Of a DNA stretch of 64,000 nt, positions 38,266-50,071 are shown piece after piece. Numbering within the stretch: position 1 is the stretch's first letter; every line of letters begins with the position of its first letter. Position numbers and translations under genes: made by a program. Origin of the DNA: a bacterium (GTDB lineage: Bacteria; UBA8248); contig CBDBBI010000010.1 in NCBI GenBank assembly GCA_965202625.1, positions 2,688,001 to 2,752,000 of the forward strand, given 5' to 3'. Under the pieces are notes generated by a model. That model worked only from the letters and a program-made list of their open reading frames with translations. It was not told where the DNA came from and searched no databases.

Positions 38266-39806
38266 AGGCGCGAGACGCGGGGTACGCCATATTCTCGGGT
38301 CTTTTGCTGGCGTCCTTGTTTCCGCCATTTCGGTTTGAGGTTTTGGCGTGGATTTCGCTCGTCCCTTTTTTGTGGGCCTTGAAGGGCAAAAAGCCGCATG
38401 AAGCGTTCATGCTAGGTTGGCTGACCGGGCTGGCTTCTTTCGGCGTCATCATCTGGTGGGTGAAAATTTCCATGACCACCTATGGCGGCCTCTCTTCTGG
38501 GCTCGCGTGGGTGGTGACCGCCGTCCTCGCGGCCTATCTGGCGTTGTACCCCGGGCTATTCGCGTTTTTCATGGCGCGGATGCGGGCGGATTCCATCCTT
38601 GTTGTTCTCGCCGCGGCGCCTTTTTGGGTTTCGTTTGAATTGCTTCGCGCCCATGTTTTGTCCGGTTTTCCATGGGCGTTGCTGGGTTATAGTCAGTATC
38701 GCTCGCTGCACGTCATTCAAATCGCGGATCTGACGGGCGTGTATGGTGTATCGTTTTTCATCGTGTTCGTCAACGCGGCGATTTGGCATTTTTTTCGCTT
38801 CCCGCAGAGGGTGCCCTACGCCATGGTCGTCGGCGTTTCGCTCGTGACAGCGTTCGTTTTGGGCTACGGTCACTTGCGGCTCCGTGAAGTGCCTGTCGAG
38901 ACGAGGGGCGCGGCGCGTCCGATAGGCATCGTCCAAGGCAACGTGGATCAGTCCGTGAAATGGTCTCCCCAATGGAGGAGGTCCATCGTCGAGAAGATGG
39001 GAGAGTTGACGAGGGACCTCAAGAGTCGTTTTCCGGAAAGCGGATTGCGCACTCCTCCACTCCTCGTTTGGCCGGAGGCGGCAGCACCTTTTGTGTACCA
39101 AAGAGAAGAGGGTGGGAGAAGGTATGTTCGCCGGCTCGCGAGAGAGGTGAACGCCTATCTGCTGTTTGGCGCGCTCGGGCAGCGCGATGGAGAGGAGGCG
39201 CCAAGGTTGACGAATTCGGCGTATCTCCTTGGTCCGAATGGCGAGGATATGGGCCGATATGACAAGATGCACCTGCTGCCCTTCGGCGAGTACGTTCCGC
39301 TCGGTGCGCTTTTGTTTTTTGTAAAAAAACTAGTGCCGGTAATTGGCGCGTTCAGTCCTGGAGATACCCCGAAAGTGTTTGAAGCCGCCGGCGCGAAATT
39401 CGGCGTCTTGATTTGTTTTGAGGCGATTTTTCCCCGCGTGGTGCGGCGGATGAAAGACGCGCAGTTTCTCGTCAACATCACGAATGACGCTTGGTTTGGA
39501 AAAACCGCAGCATCTGAACAGCATTTGTCCATGGTGGCTTTCCGGGCGGTGGAGTTTCGCACTCCGATCGTCCGCTCGGCCAACACGGGGATCAGTGCGT
39601 TGATCGCCCCCACCGGAACGATTCGCAAGCGAAGCCCCCTTTTTGAGGAATGGATACACGCCGACGCCGTTTCGCTGAAAAAAGCCCCCCCCAGCGCTTA
39701 CGCCAGGATGGGCGACGTGTTCGCATATGTGTGTGTCTTCGTCTCCGTGGCGGCGATTTGGTTGTTTCGTTCCAGCCGGCGCTCTTGGATGTGGTATCGT
39801 AAGTAG
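38262..39806 (+). CDS. lnt: Apolipoprotein N-acyltransferase
   Basis: N-terminal TM helices, GFPW, QGN, triad WPE / YDK..L.PFGEY / ICFE, TNDAWFG. Confidence 0.95.
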   Translation: MKARDAGYAIFSGLLLASLFPPFRFEVLAWISLVPFLWALKGKKPHEAFMLGWLTGLASFGVIIWWVKISMTTYGGLSSGLAWVVTAVLAAYLALYPGLFAFFMARMRADSILVVLAAAPFWVSFELLRAHVLSGFPWALLGYSQYRSLHVIQIADLTGVYGVSFFIVFVNAAIWHFFRFPQRVPYAMVVGVSLVTAFVLGYGHLRLREVPVETRGAARPIGIVQGNVDQSVKWSPQWRRSIVEKMGELTRDLKSRFPESGLRTPPLLVWPEAAAPFVYQREEGGRRYVRRLAREVNAYLLFGALGQRDGEEAPRLTNSAYLLGPNGEDMGRYDKMHLLPFGEYVPLGALLFFVKKLVPVIGAFSPGDTPKVFEAAGAKFGVLICFEAIFPRVVRRMKDAQFLVNITNDAWFGKTAASEQHLSMVAFRAVEFRTPIVRSANTGISALIAPTGTIRKRSPLFEEWIHADAVSLKKAPPSAYARMGDVFAYVCVFVSVAAIWLFRSSRRSWMWYRK

Positions 39807-39872
39807 GACGCTTGGGTGCGTTCCTGCGAAAAATCATCGGGTTTGTTGGACTGCGGAGGATGGGAACTATCC

Positions 39873-40995
39873 ATGGAAGAATTATGCAAGAAATGTGAGC
39901 TACTGGAAGCGCGCCTCCTTGAACTGCGAGGGCGGCTTTGACCTCGATCGACTCGAAACCGATCGCGCCGCGTTAGACAAACGGGCTGGAGAGGCGAATT
40001 TCTGGAACGATCCCGAAGCCGCGCAGAACACGCTGAGGCGTCGCTCCTCCGTTCAGAAAACGATTCAAAGCTGGGAGAATCTGAACGTCGGACTCAAGGA
40101 GCAGAAGGAACTTCTTCAACTTCTTCAGTTGGAGGAAGGATCCGAATCAGCACTCCTTGTTGATATCGAGAACGCCCTTTCTTCTCTTTTCAGTGAAACC
40201 GAGCACCTAGAGTTCCGCTTGGTCATGGATTCTGAGGAAGACATGACCAACGCTATTCTCTCTGTGAATGCGGGAGCAGGGGGCGTTGAAAGCCAGGATT
40301 GGGCCGAGATGCTCTTTCGCATGTATGCGAGGTGGGCGGAGGAGAGGGGATACCAAGTGCGTATTGTTTCCATGCTCGGGGGAGAAGAGGCAGGCATCAA
40401 GAACGCGACCCTAATCGTTCAGGGGGATTACGCTTACGGGTATCTTCGCTCGGAGGTCGGCGTGCATCGCTTGATAAGGATTTCACCTTTCGACGCCAGC
40501 GCGAAGAGGCACACCTCTTTCGCTTCTGTGGACGTCGTTCCCGAAGTGTCGGATGATGTGGAGATCGAGATCGATGAGAATGATTTGCGGATAGACGTGT
40601 TCAGGAGCTCGGGCGCTGGCGGCCAACACGTGAATACCACGGACTCCGCCGTGCGGATTACCCACTTGCCGACGAACATCGTGGTTTCGTGTCAAAATGA
40701 GAGAAGCCAGCATAAGAACCGCGCCACCGCCATGAAACTGCTGCGCGGCCAGTTGTATGAGATGGAGAAGCGAAAGCGCGCTGAGCAGAAGGAAACGCAG
40801 CATGCGATGAAGAAGACGATAGGATTCGGGAGCCAGATTCGCTCCTACATATTGCATCCGTATCGGATGGTGAAGGATCATCGAACTGATGTGGAGCACT
40901 CCGACGTGAACGCCGTGCTGGACGGGAACATTGATGTGTTTGTCGACGCCTATCTCCTCTCCTTGATAGAGGAGAAGACAAACGCACGCGCGTAG
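39873..40995 (+). CDS. prfB: Peptide chain release factor 2 (programmed +1 frameshift)
   Basis: Short ORF MEELCKK..ELRGRL ends CTT TGA C (39936-39942). The +1 frame continues DLDRL and carries SPF and GGQ. Confidence 0.95.
39928..39942 (+). other. RF2 +1 frameshift site with internal SD-like sequence
   Basis: GAGGG-CGG-CTTTGAC. Confidence 0.92.
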
Positions 40996-41075
40996 TCGTC
41001 GAGGGATTATGTGAGGTACTGAGAGGCGCATGGAGAAAACGGGAGTTTTAGCCATATGATGAAAGAGGACGCGGG

Positions 41076-42620
41076 ATGAGGGAGCCTGTGGCGGACGAAG
41101 CGGCATCGCCTCCGGGCGCGCGCGAGGATGAGAACGTTTTGATCCAGCAGCGGAGAAGAAAACTCGACGCGATTCGCGCTTCTGGAGTCAATCCCTTTGT
41201 GAATCGATTTTCGACGACGCACCAGATTGGCGCTATCGTTTGTGCGTTTCGTGAAACGCCGACAGATGGTTTTGATGAGGCGAGAGAGGCGCGTTTCTCT
41301 GTGGCGGGGCGCATCCTCGCTAAACGGGTGCAGGGGAAAGTCGTCTTTGTCGATCTTCGGGACGGGACGGGACAAATCCAGTTGTTCGTTCGAATGAACG
41401 ATGTTGGCGAGGAGGCTTTTCAGTTCGTGCGGGAGATGGACGTCGGCGACATCGCCGGAGCGGAGGGCGGCGTATTCCGCACGAGGATGGGTGAGCTCTC
41501 CGTCTGGGTGCGGCGGATATGTCTGCTGACGAAAAGTGTAAGGCCGTTGCCGGAAAAATGGCATGGCCTGAAAGATGTAGAAGCGCGCTACCGCCAGCGC
41601 TATCTGGATTTGATTGCCAACCCCGACGTGGTCAAGGTGTTTCGGGTGCGCGCTCGGATGATTCAGTTGATACGACGTTTTTTGGACGACTTGAATTTTC
41701 TGGAAGTCGAAACCCCGATGATGCAGGCCATCGCCGGTGGGGCAGCGGCCAGACCGTTCGCCACTTACCACAATACGCTGGAGATGCCCTTGTACCTTCG
41801 AGTGGCGCCCGAGCTCTATCTCAAGCGTCTTGTGGTCGGTGGCATGGATCGCGTCTATGAGATCAACCGCAATTTCAGGAACGAGGGCATATCCACGCAA
41901 CATAACCCAGAGTTCACGATGCTTGAGTTCTATATGGCCTATGTGGATTACAACGACCTGATGCGCCTGACGGAGAAGATGGTGGCGTCTTTGACGCGGG
42001 ACATTCTGGGCGGAGACGCCCTCAAATACGGGGATGAGGAAATATCGTTTCAGGCGCCCTGGGCGAGATACAAGTGGCGAGATTCCATCGTGGTCTTGGG
42101 CGGAGCGCCGAGCGTGACGCTCGAAGACGAGGCAGAGGCGCGTCTTTTTGCGAGGGCGATTGCGGGCCCTAAAGGGTATCCCATACCGGATGGGATGGGT
42201 CACGTCCGCATTCTGGAGTATCTGTTCGAAGAATTAGTGGAGCCGAAACTCAAGCAACCGACCTTTATCTATGATTTTCCCAAATCCCTTTCGCCGCTGG
42301 CCAAGAGCAGGGAGGATGACCCCGATACGGTGGAGCGGTTCGAGCTCATCATCGCCGGGCGCGAGATTGCCAACGCCTATACGGAATTAAACGATCCGAA
42401 CGATCAGCGTGCGCGCTTCGAGGAGCAGGCGGCGGCGCGCGCCGCTGGCGACGAGGAGTCCCACGAGATCGACAGAGATTATTTGGAAGCTTTGGAATAC
42501 GGCTTGCCACCTGCCGCGGGCGAGGGAATCGGGATTGACAGACTCGCGATGCTGCTGACGAATACGCATTCGATTCGCGACGTGATCCTTTTTCCCCTCA
42601 TGCGGAAACGTCAGGGATGA
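41076..42620 (+). CDS. lysS: Lysine--tRNA ligase (class II)
   Basis: [49 protein letters not shown]. Confidence 0.97.
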   Translation: MREPVADEAASPPGAREDENVLIQQRRRKLDAIRASGVNPFVNRFSTTHQIGAIVCAFRETPTDGFDEAREARFSVAGRILAKRVQGKVVFVDLRDGTGQIQLFVRMNDVGEEAFQFVREMDVGDIAGAEGGVFRTRMGELSVWVRRICLLTKSVRPLPEKWHGLKDVEARYRQRYLDLIANPDVVKVFRVRARMIQLIRRFLDDLNFLEVETPMMQAIAGGAAARPFATYHNTLEMPLYLRVAPELYLKRLVVGGMDRVYEINRNFRNEGISTQHNPEFTMLEFYMAYVDYNDLMRLTEKMVASLTRDILGGDALKYGDEEISFQAPWARYKWRDSIVVLGGAPSVTLEDEAEARLFARAIAGPKGYPIPDGMGHVRILEYLFEELVEPKLKQPTFIYDFPKSLSPLAKSREDDPDTVERFELIIAGREIANAYTELNDPNDQRARFEEQAAARAAGDEESHEIDRDYLEALEYGLPPAAGEGIGIDRLAMLLTNTHSIRDVILFPLMRKRQG

Positions 42621-42621
42621 A

Positions 42622-43899
42622 GTGTCCTTCTCCGTAGAGGCGTTCATTGGCCTCAGACACCTGCGCTCGAGGGGCAAACTCGCCTTCATATCGCTCACGA
42701 CCTGGATATCCGTGCTGGGGGTCGCGCTGGGCGTTGCCACCCTCATCGTCGTCGTGGGGGTGATGACCGGGTTTCAGCGCGAATTCCGCGAAAAAATCCT
42801 AGGGACGCAAAGCCATGTCGTCGTAGTGAAGTCCGGCGCCGGACTGATGCCGCAATGGCGGGACGTCCTACAGAAGGTGCGTGACCAGGCGGGGGTGGTG
42901 GCGGCGAGTCCCTTCGTGTATGGCCAGGCCATGTTTTCATCCAATGGTCGGACGACGGGGTCGGTCGTGCGGGGGATTGACCCAGTGCGGGAAGTCGACG
43001 TGACGGATATCAAGAGATATTTGAAGGATGGCGCGCTGGAAAGGATTTTAGAGATGGGAAATGGTGCCGGAGGGACGCCCGGCAAGCCAGGCGTCATCCT
43101 CGGAGAGGAACTCGCAAAGAATCTGCTCCTCGGCGTAGGCGATTCGGTGACGATGGTCAGCCCCGTGGGGGTGGTGACACCGATGGGCCTGGTGCCTCGA
43201 ACAAAGAATTTTCAGGTGGCGGGAATCTTTCGCAGCGGGTTTTATCAATACGACGCCGGCCTCGCGTTTATTTCCATGAAGGAGAGCCAAATCTTCTTTG
43301 GTCTCGGCGATTCTGTCACGGGGGTGCATCTGCGCGTGCGGGATATTTTCTCGGCCGAGCACATCTCCCGGAAGATTCAGAGCACGCTCTCGGGGGCGTA
43401 TTGGTCGCGCTCGTGGCAACAAATGAACCGAAACTTGTTCTCCGCCCTGAAAACGGAAAAAACCACACTCACCATCTTGTTGCTTTTGGTCGTCGTCGTT
43501 GCCGCATTCAACATCATAGGTTCTCTCGTAATGGTGGTGATGGAAAAGGGACGCGAAATCGCAATATTGAAATCGATGGGTGCGACGAACGGAGCAATTT
43601 TGAGAATTTTCTTCATTCAGGGGGCTTTCATCGGCCTTCTGGGCGCTGTTCTGGGGATCATCGGCGGACTGTTTCTGGGGTGGAATCTCCATGTGGTGGA
43701 GGATTTTCTAGAGCGCTCGTTTGGTCTGGACATTCTGCCCCCCAGCGTTTATCATATAGAGAAATTGCCAGTGCAGATGACGCCTTTTGACGTCTCTATC
43801 ACTGCCTCGGCCGCTTTTTTCATTTGTTTGGCGGCGACGCTTTATCCTGCATGGCGTGCGTCGTGCGTCGATCCGGTAGAAAATCTCCGCTATGGTTGA
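42622..43899 (+). CDS. lolE: Lipoprotein-releasing ABC transporter permease (LolC/E)
   Basis: GVALGVATLIVV.GVMTGF, W...N.NLFSAL..EK, EIAILKSMGA, YPAWRAS..DP. Confidence 0.92.
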   Translation: MSFSVEAFIGLRHLRSRGKLAFISLTTWISVLGVALGVATLIVVVGVMTGFQREFREKILGTQSHVVVVKSGAGLMPQWRDVLQKVRDQAGVVAASPFVYGQAMFSSNGRTTGSVVRGIDPVREVDVTDIKRYLKDGALERILEMGNGAGGTPGKPGVILGEELAKNLLLGVGDSVTMVSPVGVVTPMGLVPRTKNFQVAGIFRSGFYQYDAGLAFISMKESQIFFGLGDSVTGVHLRVRDIFSAEHISRKIQSTLSGAYWSRSWQQMNRNLFSALKTEKTTLTILLLLVVVVAAFNIIGSLVMVVMEKGREIAILKSMGATNGAILRIFFIQGAFIGLLGAVLGIIGGLFLGWNLHVVEDFLERSFGLDILPPSVYHIEKLPVQMTPFDVSITASAAFFICLAATLYPAWRASCVDPVENLRYG

Positions 43900-44620
43900 T
43901 TCAGGCATATTGGAGGTGAATGAATCCGCTTCGATAGAAGATGCGTCGCCGCATATTATCGTCGCCAGAGGGCTGGAGAAATCATACGAGATGGGCGGCG
44001 GCGAGGTGATGGCTCTGAGCGGAGTTGATCTCGAAGTGTCCTGTGGCGAGATGGTCGCCGTCATGGGGGTGTCGGGAGCGGGGAAAACCACCTTACTGCA
44101 CCTTTTGGGGGCACTGGATAGGCCGACGAAAGGAGAGGTAATTCTGGGTGGTAGATGCCTCTCTGATTGCTCGGAAGTGGAATTGGCGCGATTGCGGAAT
44201 CAGCATGTGGGCTTCGTATTCCAGTTCCACCACCTGCTGCCAGAGTTTTCTGGCCTGGAAAACGTCATGATGCCGGGGTTGATTCTCGGTGCTCGAAAGA
44301 GAAAAGTGGAGGAGAGGGCACGGGAATTATTGAGACGGCTCGGCTTGGCCGACAGATGGGACCATAGCCCCGGAGAACTTTCGGGAGGAGAGCAGCAAAG
44401 GGTTGCCATCGCCCGTGCCTTAATGAACAATCCTTCTGTGATACTTGCGGATGAGCCCACGGGGAATCTGGACTCATCAACTGCGGGGAAGATATTCGAG
44501 ATGCTCCGGGAGATTAATCAAAGGAGCAGGCAAACAATCTTGGTGGCGACGCACAACAGTTCCATGGCGAAAAAAATGGATCGCGTGCTCGTCGTGGTCG
44601 ACGGGAAAATAGCCCGATAA
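43892..44620 (+). CDS. lolD: Lipoprotein-releasing ABC transporter ATPase
   Basis: GVSGAGKT, GFVFQFHHLLPEF, LSGGEQQR, DEPTGNLD. Confidence 0.93.
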   Translation: MVDSGILEVNESASIEDASPHIIVARGLEKSYEMGGGEVMALSGVDLEVSCGEMVAVMGVSGAGKTTLLHLLGALDRPTKGEVILGGRCLSDCSEVELARLRNQHVGFVFQFHHLLPEFSGLENVMMPGLILGARKRKVEERARELLRRLGLADRWDHSPGELSGGEQQRVAIARALMNNPSVILADEPTGNLDSSTAGKIFEMLREINQRSRQTILVATHNSSMAKKMDRVLVVVDGKIAR

Positions 44621-44644
44621 AAAGTCAAAAATAAGGAGGGCCGT

Positions 44645-47089
44645 ATGTTTAAGCGATTCACCGAGCGTGCCCGCAAAGTCATCATCTTGGCCAGAGAGGA
44701 AGCGGAACACCATCGTCACGAATATCTGGGGACCGAACATATCCTTCTTGGCGTGTTGAAGGATGGGGGTGGAATCGCCATAGCGGTTTTACAGAAGCTG
44801 GGCGTCGATCCCAAGCAGCTTCGCCTCGAACTGGAGCGCAATTTACCCAAGAGCCTGAGCGGCCCCGTGGAGGGGGATATTCCATTTACCCCGAAGGCTA
44901 AGAAGGTGCTGGAATACGCTGTGGAGGAGGCTCGATTGATGGGCCACAACTACATTGGTACCGAGCATCTATTGTTGGGCATCGTCAGGGAGAAGGACGG
45001 TCTGGCGGCTAAAATCCTGGCCAGCTTTGGCGTCAAACTTCAGCAAACGCGCGAGCAGACTATCAACCTTCTCCGGGAACCGGTGGCGGCGCGCTCGCGC
45101 GAGAAGAGTAAGACGCCGGCGCTCGATGAATTTGGTCGAGACCTTACGGAGTTCGCCGACGAGGGGCAGCTGGATCCCGTCATCGGGCGAGAGGGCGAAA
45201 TCGAGCGTGTCATCCAGATTCTCGCGCGCAGAACGAAAAACAACCCTGTGCTGATCGGGGAGCCTGGCGTCGGGAAAACGGCAATTGTCGAGGGCTTGGC
45301 CCAGTCGATCGCCTCAAAAGAAGTGCCCCAAATTTTGTATAACAAGCGCGTGGTACAGCTAGATTTGGGCGCCTTGGTGGCGGGAACGAAATATCGCGGG
45401 CAATTTGAGGCGCGTTTGAAAGCCATTATGAAAGAGATCACGCAAAGCCGGGACGTGATCATCTTCATCGATGAGTTACATACTTTGGTGGGCGCAGGCG
45501 CGGCGGAAGGCTCCATCGACGCTTCCAACATGCTGAAGCCCGCGCTCAGTCGGGGCGAAATTCAATGTATCGGCGCCACGACATTGGACGAATATCGAAA
45601 ATACATCGAGAAAAATGGCGCTTTGGAGCGTCGTTTCCAGAGCGTGATGGTGGATCCGCCCTCCATCGACGACACGGTCAACATATTGAAGGGCTTGAAA
45701 GACAAATACGAAAAACATCACCGTGCGCAGTTGACCGAGGATGCGATTCTCTCCGCCGTTCGCCTTTCCTCGCAATACGTGTCGGATCGCTTCTTGCCGG
45801 ATAAGGCGATAGACGTCATTGACGAGGCGTGCAGCAAGGTTCGCCTTGAGAAGGAAACCTTTCCGATCAATATTCGGGATCTGCAGCGTCAAATCGAGGA
45901 GACGGTTCGCACGAAGAAGGACATGATTGAAAAGCAGGATTTTGAAAAGGCTGTTGAACTGCGCGACAAGGAAGAGCAGAACAGAAGCCGGCTTGATGAA
46001 TTGAAGGCGGAATGGGAGGCGGGGCAGACGGATGAGGAGCCGTTCGTCACCGAGGATGACGTGGCGTACGTGGTGAGCCGAATGACGGGCATTCCGTTGC
46101 AGCGTATCGGGGAGGTGGAGAATGAGCGTCTTCTCCGAATGGAGGAAGAGCTGAACAGCCACATCGTCGGGCAGGAGGAAGCCACGCGTGTCTTGACGAA
46201 AGCGGTGCGCCGGGCGCGTGCAGGCTTGAAAAGCCCGAAGAGGCCGATCGGCAGCTTCTTGTTTCTTGGGCCCACGGGCGTGGGCAAGACCGAGATGGCC
46301 AGAATGCTCGCCCAGTTTATGTTTGGCGACCCGAACGCGCTGATCCGCATCGATATGAGTGAATACATGGAAAGATTCAACGTTTCTCGCCTCACGGGAG
46401 CCCCTCCCGGCTATGTGGGATATGAAGAGGGGGGGCAACTTACCGAGCGCGTGCGTAGAAAGCCTTATTCCGTCGTGTTGCTTGATGAGATAGAGAAGGC
46501 GCACCCTGACGTCTATCACGTGTTGTTGCAGGTGATGGACGACGGTCTGCTGACGGATAGCTATGGCCGCAGCATCGACTTCAAGAACACCGTCATCATC
46601 ATGACTTCAAACTTGGCTGCGCGCTCCATTGAAAAAGGAACGTCCCTCGGCTTTCAGAAGGTGGAAACGGGCCTTGGCTTCGATAAGGTGAAAGACAGGA
46701 TTCGAGATGAGTTGAAGCGCACTTTTAATCCGGAGTTTCTGAACCGGGTTGACGACGTCATCATCTTCCGGCCTCTGGCCCATGAGGATATCTTGAAAAT
46801 CGTGGACATTGAGATTGCCAGGGTTAACGAGACGCTACGAGAGAAAGAAATGCTGATTGAGTTGAGTGAAGAAGCAAAGGACTGGATTGCGAAGCAGGGG
46901 TTTGAGCCGGCTTATGGCGCAAGGCCGCTGCGTCGCGTCATCCAAAGGCATATTGAGGATACCCTCAGCGAAGAAGTTTTGCACGGAAAATTTCAGGATG
47001 GAGGTACGATTTTGGCGAAGCTGGCTGGAGATGAGCTCATGTTTGAACTGAAAGAAGACACGGAAGTACTTAGTGTTCAGGACCTTTAG
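44645..47089 (+). CDS. clpC: ATP-dependent Clp protease ATPase ClpC
   Basis: MF.RFTERAR, two Clp-N repeats, two AAA+ modules ([16 protein letters not shown]), UVR coiled coil, LGF loop. Confidence 0.95.
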   Translation: MFKRFTERARKVIILAREEAEHHRHEYLGTEHILLGVLKDGGGIAIAVLQKLGVDPKQLRLELERNLPKSLSGPVEGDIPFTPKAKKVLEYAVEEARLMGHNYIGTEHLLLGIVREKDGLAAKILASFGVKLQQTREQTINLLREPVAARSREKSKTPALDEFGRDLTEFADEGQLDPVIGREGEIERVIQILARRTKNNPVLIGEPGVGKTAIVEGLAQSIASKEVPQILYNKRVVQLDLGALVAGTKYRGQFEARLKAIMKEITQSRDVIIFIDELHTLVGAGAAEGSIDASNMLKPALSRGEIQCIGATTLDEYRKYIEKNGALERRFQSVMVDPPSIDDTVNILKGLKDKYEKHHRAQLTEDAILSAVRLSSQYVSDRFLPDKAIDVIDEACSKVRLEKETFPINIRDLQRQIEETVRTKKDMIEKQDFEKAVELRDKEEQNRSRLDELKAEWEAGQTDEEPFVTEDDVAYVVSRMTGIPLQRIGEVENERLLRMEEELNSHIVGQEEATRVLTKAVRRARAGLKSPKRPIGSFLFLGPTGVGKTEMARMLAQFMFGDPNALIRIDMSEYMERFNVSRLTGAPPGYVGYEEGGQLTERVRRKPYSVVLLDEIEKAHPDVYHVLLQVMDDGLLTDSYGRSIDFKNTVIIMTSNLAARSIEKGTSLGFQKVETGLGFDKVKDRIRDELKRTFNPEFLNRVDDVIIFRPLAHEDILKIVDIEIARVNETLREKEMLIELSEEAKDWIAKQGFEPAYGARPLRRVIQRHIEDTLSEEVLHGKFQDGGTILAKLAGDELMFELKEDTEVLSVQDL

Positions 47090-47138
47090 TTTCACTGGAC
47101 AGGCAAAACGTGTTCTCCTTTCTTGCTTGGGTGGTGCC

Positions 47139-49457
47139 TTGAAGTGTGATGTGGCGAGGGCGTTAGTCTGCGCCGTTTCTCTCATCGCATCTTTTTTCGC
47201 TGCCTCCCATGAGGCAATGGGACAGTCGGTCTTGCCAACCATCACGATCCGGGCTGTTGAAGTGCAAGGAAATCGCCGGGTGGATCGCTCCACGATTTTT
47301 TTCTATGTTCGGCTGAGAGAGGGGAAGAGATACACCAACATAGAGTTGGTCAAGCAAATACGCGCGGACGTTCGGTCGATATACAAACTGGGATTCTTTC
47401 GCGATGTCCGGGTGCAGGTCGAGTCTCTCGAAGGAGGACTTCGTGTCGTGTATGCGCTGAGCGAAAAGCCCACGGTGAACAAGATTGAAATTATGGGCAA
47501 CAGCGGCGTGGACGCCGAGAAAATCCGTGATCGCATCACGGTCAAGCCCCAGACCATCGTCAACGAATCCGCCCTGAAAGAAACCGTTCGGAATATCCGA
47601 AAGTTGTATCTGGAGCAGGGCTATTACTTCGCGCGCATAGAAGCCGTGCTGAAAAAAACTGCGCAGAACGCCGTGTCCGTCACGTTCTTGATAGACGAGG
47701 GGGAAAGCGTACGCATTGAGGCGATTCATTTCCGAGGGAATGAGAAGGTAGCCAGAAGAGATCTGCTCAAGGTGATGGAAACGAGCGAGGTGGGTTTTTT
47801 CTCCTTTATTACGAACTCGGGAGTATTTGACGAGGATGCGTTGCAGAAGGATTTGGTGCGAATCCGCATTCTGTATGAGAGCCGGGGGTATGTGAGCGTT
47901 CAGGTGGGGGAGCCCGTCATCCGCGAGGATCGGGAAAGAGGCCAGATTCGCATCACGATACCCATCAGTGAGGGTTTTCAGTACAAAATCGCAAAAATTG
48001 ACGTTCAAGGTGGGGAGGATGTCATCCCTCACGAAGAGCTCAAACGGGAGATGTCTCTTTTCGTCGGCGACGTTTTCAACAGAACCAGCCTGCTCTACGA
48101 CACGCGGAGGCTGAAGAGCAGGTTTGCGAACCGTGGCTATGCGTTTGCTGACGTTCGTCCTCTCACGAGGCAGAACGACGAGAACAAGACGGTTGACGTA
48201 ACGATTCGAATCAATAAAGGGAGAAGGGTATATATCGGAAAAGTGGAGGTCAGGGGCAACACGCGGACCCGCGAGAACGTCATTCGCAGGGATGTCCGCG
48301 TTGTTGAAGGGTCTTTGTACACCGCGAAGGGATTGGCCCTGACGCGCCAGCGTCTCACGCGCACGAATTATTTCGAGAAGGTGGAAGTTGTTGAGAAAGG
48401 CCGTCCCGATAGCGATGAAATACTCGATATCGACATTGAAGTGGAGGAAAAGCCAACTGGTTCCATCACGGGCGGAATCGGGCTCAATAGCGGCGAAGGG
48501 GTATATCTGCAAGGAGAGATAAGGGAGTCGAACTTGTTCGGCAAAGGTTTGATTGGCGAGCTGTTCACCAGAGTTTCTTCTGAGCGTTTTGATCTGTCCG
48601 CCCAGTATTTGGACCCGAATTTTCGCGATACGGGATTCTCGCTCGGGGGAAGGCTGTTTTTTGTCGATCAGGAATTTGAGACCTTTGATAACAAGACGAA
48701 AGGCGGCCGAATCACCGTGGGCCGCGAATTACGGGAATTTCTGAATGCCTCGCTCTCCTATGAACTCTCGGAGTCCCGCATCAGCAATGTCGATGCCACG
48801 GCGGCATCGTCGATTCTTGAGCAAGAGGGAGAGACGTTTTTTGAAAGTCGGATTACGCCCAACCTCGTCTATGACGACCAAAACAGGCGCTTTTTCCCAA
48901 CGAGCGGAACGTTCTGGAGCATTGCGCCTACGATTTCGGGCGGGATTCTGGGCGGAAACGTGGATGTGTTCTCGTTTGAGGCGGAATTTAGGCAACACCA
49001 TCAAATCGGAGAATATATCCGTGTTCGCGCGTTGCGGCAATTGATCCTCAGCCTCAGGGGGAACGTGCGCTATATTGACTCATTTGAGGGCGATTTGCCC
49101 GCCTTTCGCCGGTTATACGCTGGCAGAAGGCGCGCCGTCCGAGGTTTCCACTCCAATGACCTTGGTCCCAAAGACTCGCAGGGCGAAGCGATAGGCGGGT
49201 TGTCTGCCGCGCTCGCCTCCATCGAGCTCTGGCATCCGTTTATCGGCCCGACCCATGTCGCCGCTTTCCTCGATGCAGGAAATATATGGGAAACGCACAA
49301 TGCATTTGACATCGGCGATTTGCGGTATGGCGCTGGATTCGGGTTGCGCCTCGTGACGCCAATCGGCCCCATGCGCGTCGATATCGGATATAAACTGGAT
49401 AAAAAGTCGGGGGAGCGCAGGCGAGAAACACATTTAGGAATTGGCGCCGCGTTCTAA
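47139..49457 (+). CDS. bamA: Outer membrane protein assembly factor BamA (start approximate)
   Basis: Signal-peptide-like N-terminus, POTRA repeats (V.GN), EEKPTG, VRGF, TPIGP, terminal Phe. Confidence 0.94.
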   Translation: MKCDVARALVCAVSLIASFFAASHEAMGQSVLPTITIRAVEVQGNRRVDRSTIFFYVRLREGKRYTNIELVKQIRADVRSIYKLGFFRDVRVQVESLEGGLRVVYALSEKPTVNKIEIMGNSGVDAEKIRDRITVKPQTIVNESALKETVRNIRKLYLEQGYYFARIEAVLKKTAQNAVSVTFLIDEGESVRIEAIHFRGNEKVARRDLLKVMETSEVGFFSFITNSGVFDEDALQKDLVRIRILYESRGYVSVQVGEPVIREDRERGQIRITIPISEGFQYKIAKIDVQGGEDVIPHEELKREMSLFVGDVFNRTSLLYDTRRLKSRFANRGYAFADVRPLTRQNDENKTVDVTIRINKGRRVYIGKVEVRGNTRTRENVIRRDVRVVEGSLYTAKGLALTRQRLTRTNYFEKVEVVEKGRPDSDEILDIDIEVEEKPTGSITGGIGLNSGEGVYLQGEIRESNLFGKGLIGELFTRVSSERFDLSAQYLDPNFRDTGFSLGGRLFFVDQEFETFDNKTKGGRITVGRELREFLNASLSYELSESRISNVDATAASSILEQEGETFFESRITPNLVYDDQNRRFFPTSGTFWSIAPTISGGILGGNVDVFSFEAEFRQHHQIGEYIRVRALRQLILSLRGNVRYIDSFEGDLPAFRRLYAGRRRAVRGFHSNDLGPKDSQGEAIGGLSAALASIELWHPFIGPTHVAAFLDAGNIWETHNAFDIGDLRYGAGFGLRLVTPIGPMRVDIGYKLDKKSGERRRETHLGIGAAF

Positions 49458-49500
49458 GATTCGGAGCGCCATCAGGTCGTCTTTGGCCAGGAGGGGTAGC

Positions 49501-50070
49501 ATGAGGGGTTTCGGACTATGGGTTTTGATCCTGTCGATCTTTTTCGCCTTTGCCTGTGCGGGCGACGCGGAATCGGCGGACGCGAAATATGGCGTCGTCA
49601 ATGTCCAGAGGGTATTGCAGGCCTCAAAAGCCGGACGAGACGCGAGGGCGTCTTTGGACAGGGAGAAGAAGAGGCTGGGAGATACTCTTAAGAAAGGACG
49701 CGAAGATTTGGCGAATTCGGCGAATAAGGTACGGGATTTACAGCTGGAGATCGATCGTAAAAACGGCGTTTGGCGTCAGGAGGAAAGAGAGCGCAAGACC
49801 TTTGAGTTGAGGTCTCAAAAAAGGTTGTTCGCGCGCAAGCAGGATAATCTGAAGCGATTGTTGCGCGAGAGCGAACGGGATCTTCAAGATCGCCAAAAAG
49901 CAGCCTTGGCCAGGATTTTCAAGGAAGTTCGCGGTATCGTTCATGAAATCGGAAAGAAAGAAGGTTTCGACGTAGTTGTGGATAGCGCGTCTGGAGGGGT
50001 GTTGTTCGCCAACCCGAAGGTAGATCTGACAGACAGGGTGATCAAACGATACGATCAGAAGAAGAAATAA
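49501..50070 (+). CDS. skp: Periplasmic chaperone Skp/OmpH
   Basis: Signal peptide, GVVNVQRVL, coiled coil, DLTDRVI. Follows bamA. Confidence 0.9.
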   Translation: MRGFGLWVLILSIFFAFACAGDAESADAKYGVVNVQRVLQASKAGRDARASLDREKKRLGDTLKKGREDLANSANKVRDLQLEIDRKNGVWRQEERERKTFELRSQKRLFARKQDNLKRLLRESERDLQDRQKAALARIFKEVRGIVHEIGKKEGFDVVVDSASGGVLFANPKVDLTDRVIKRYDQKKK

Positions 50071-50071
50071 A

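Noticed and set aside
39727-39935. ORF-track N-terminus of prfB (MCVSSSPW...)
   Set aside because: An artefact. The true start is the frameshifted ORF from 39873.
41007-42203. 398-aa minus-strand ORF
   Set aside because: Antisense shadow of lysS.
47163-48512. 449-aa minus-strand ORF
   Set aside because: Antisense shadow of bamA.
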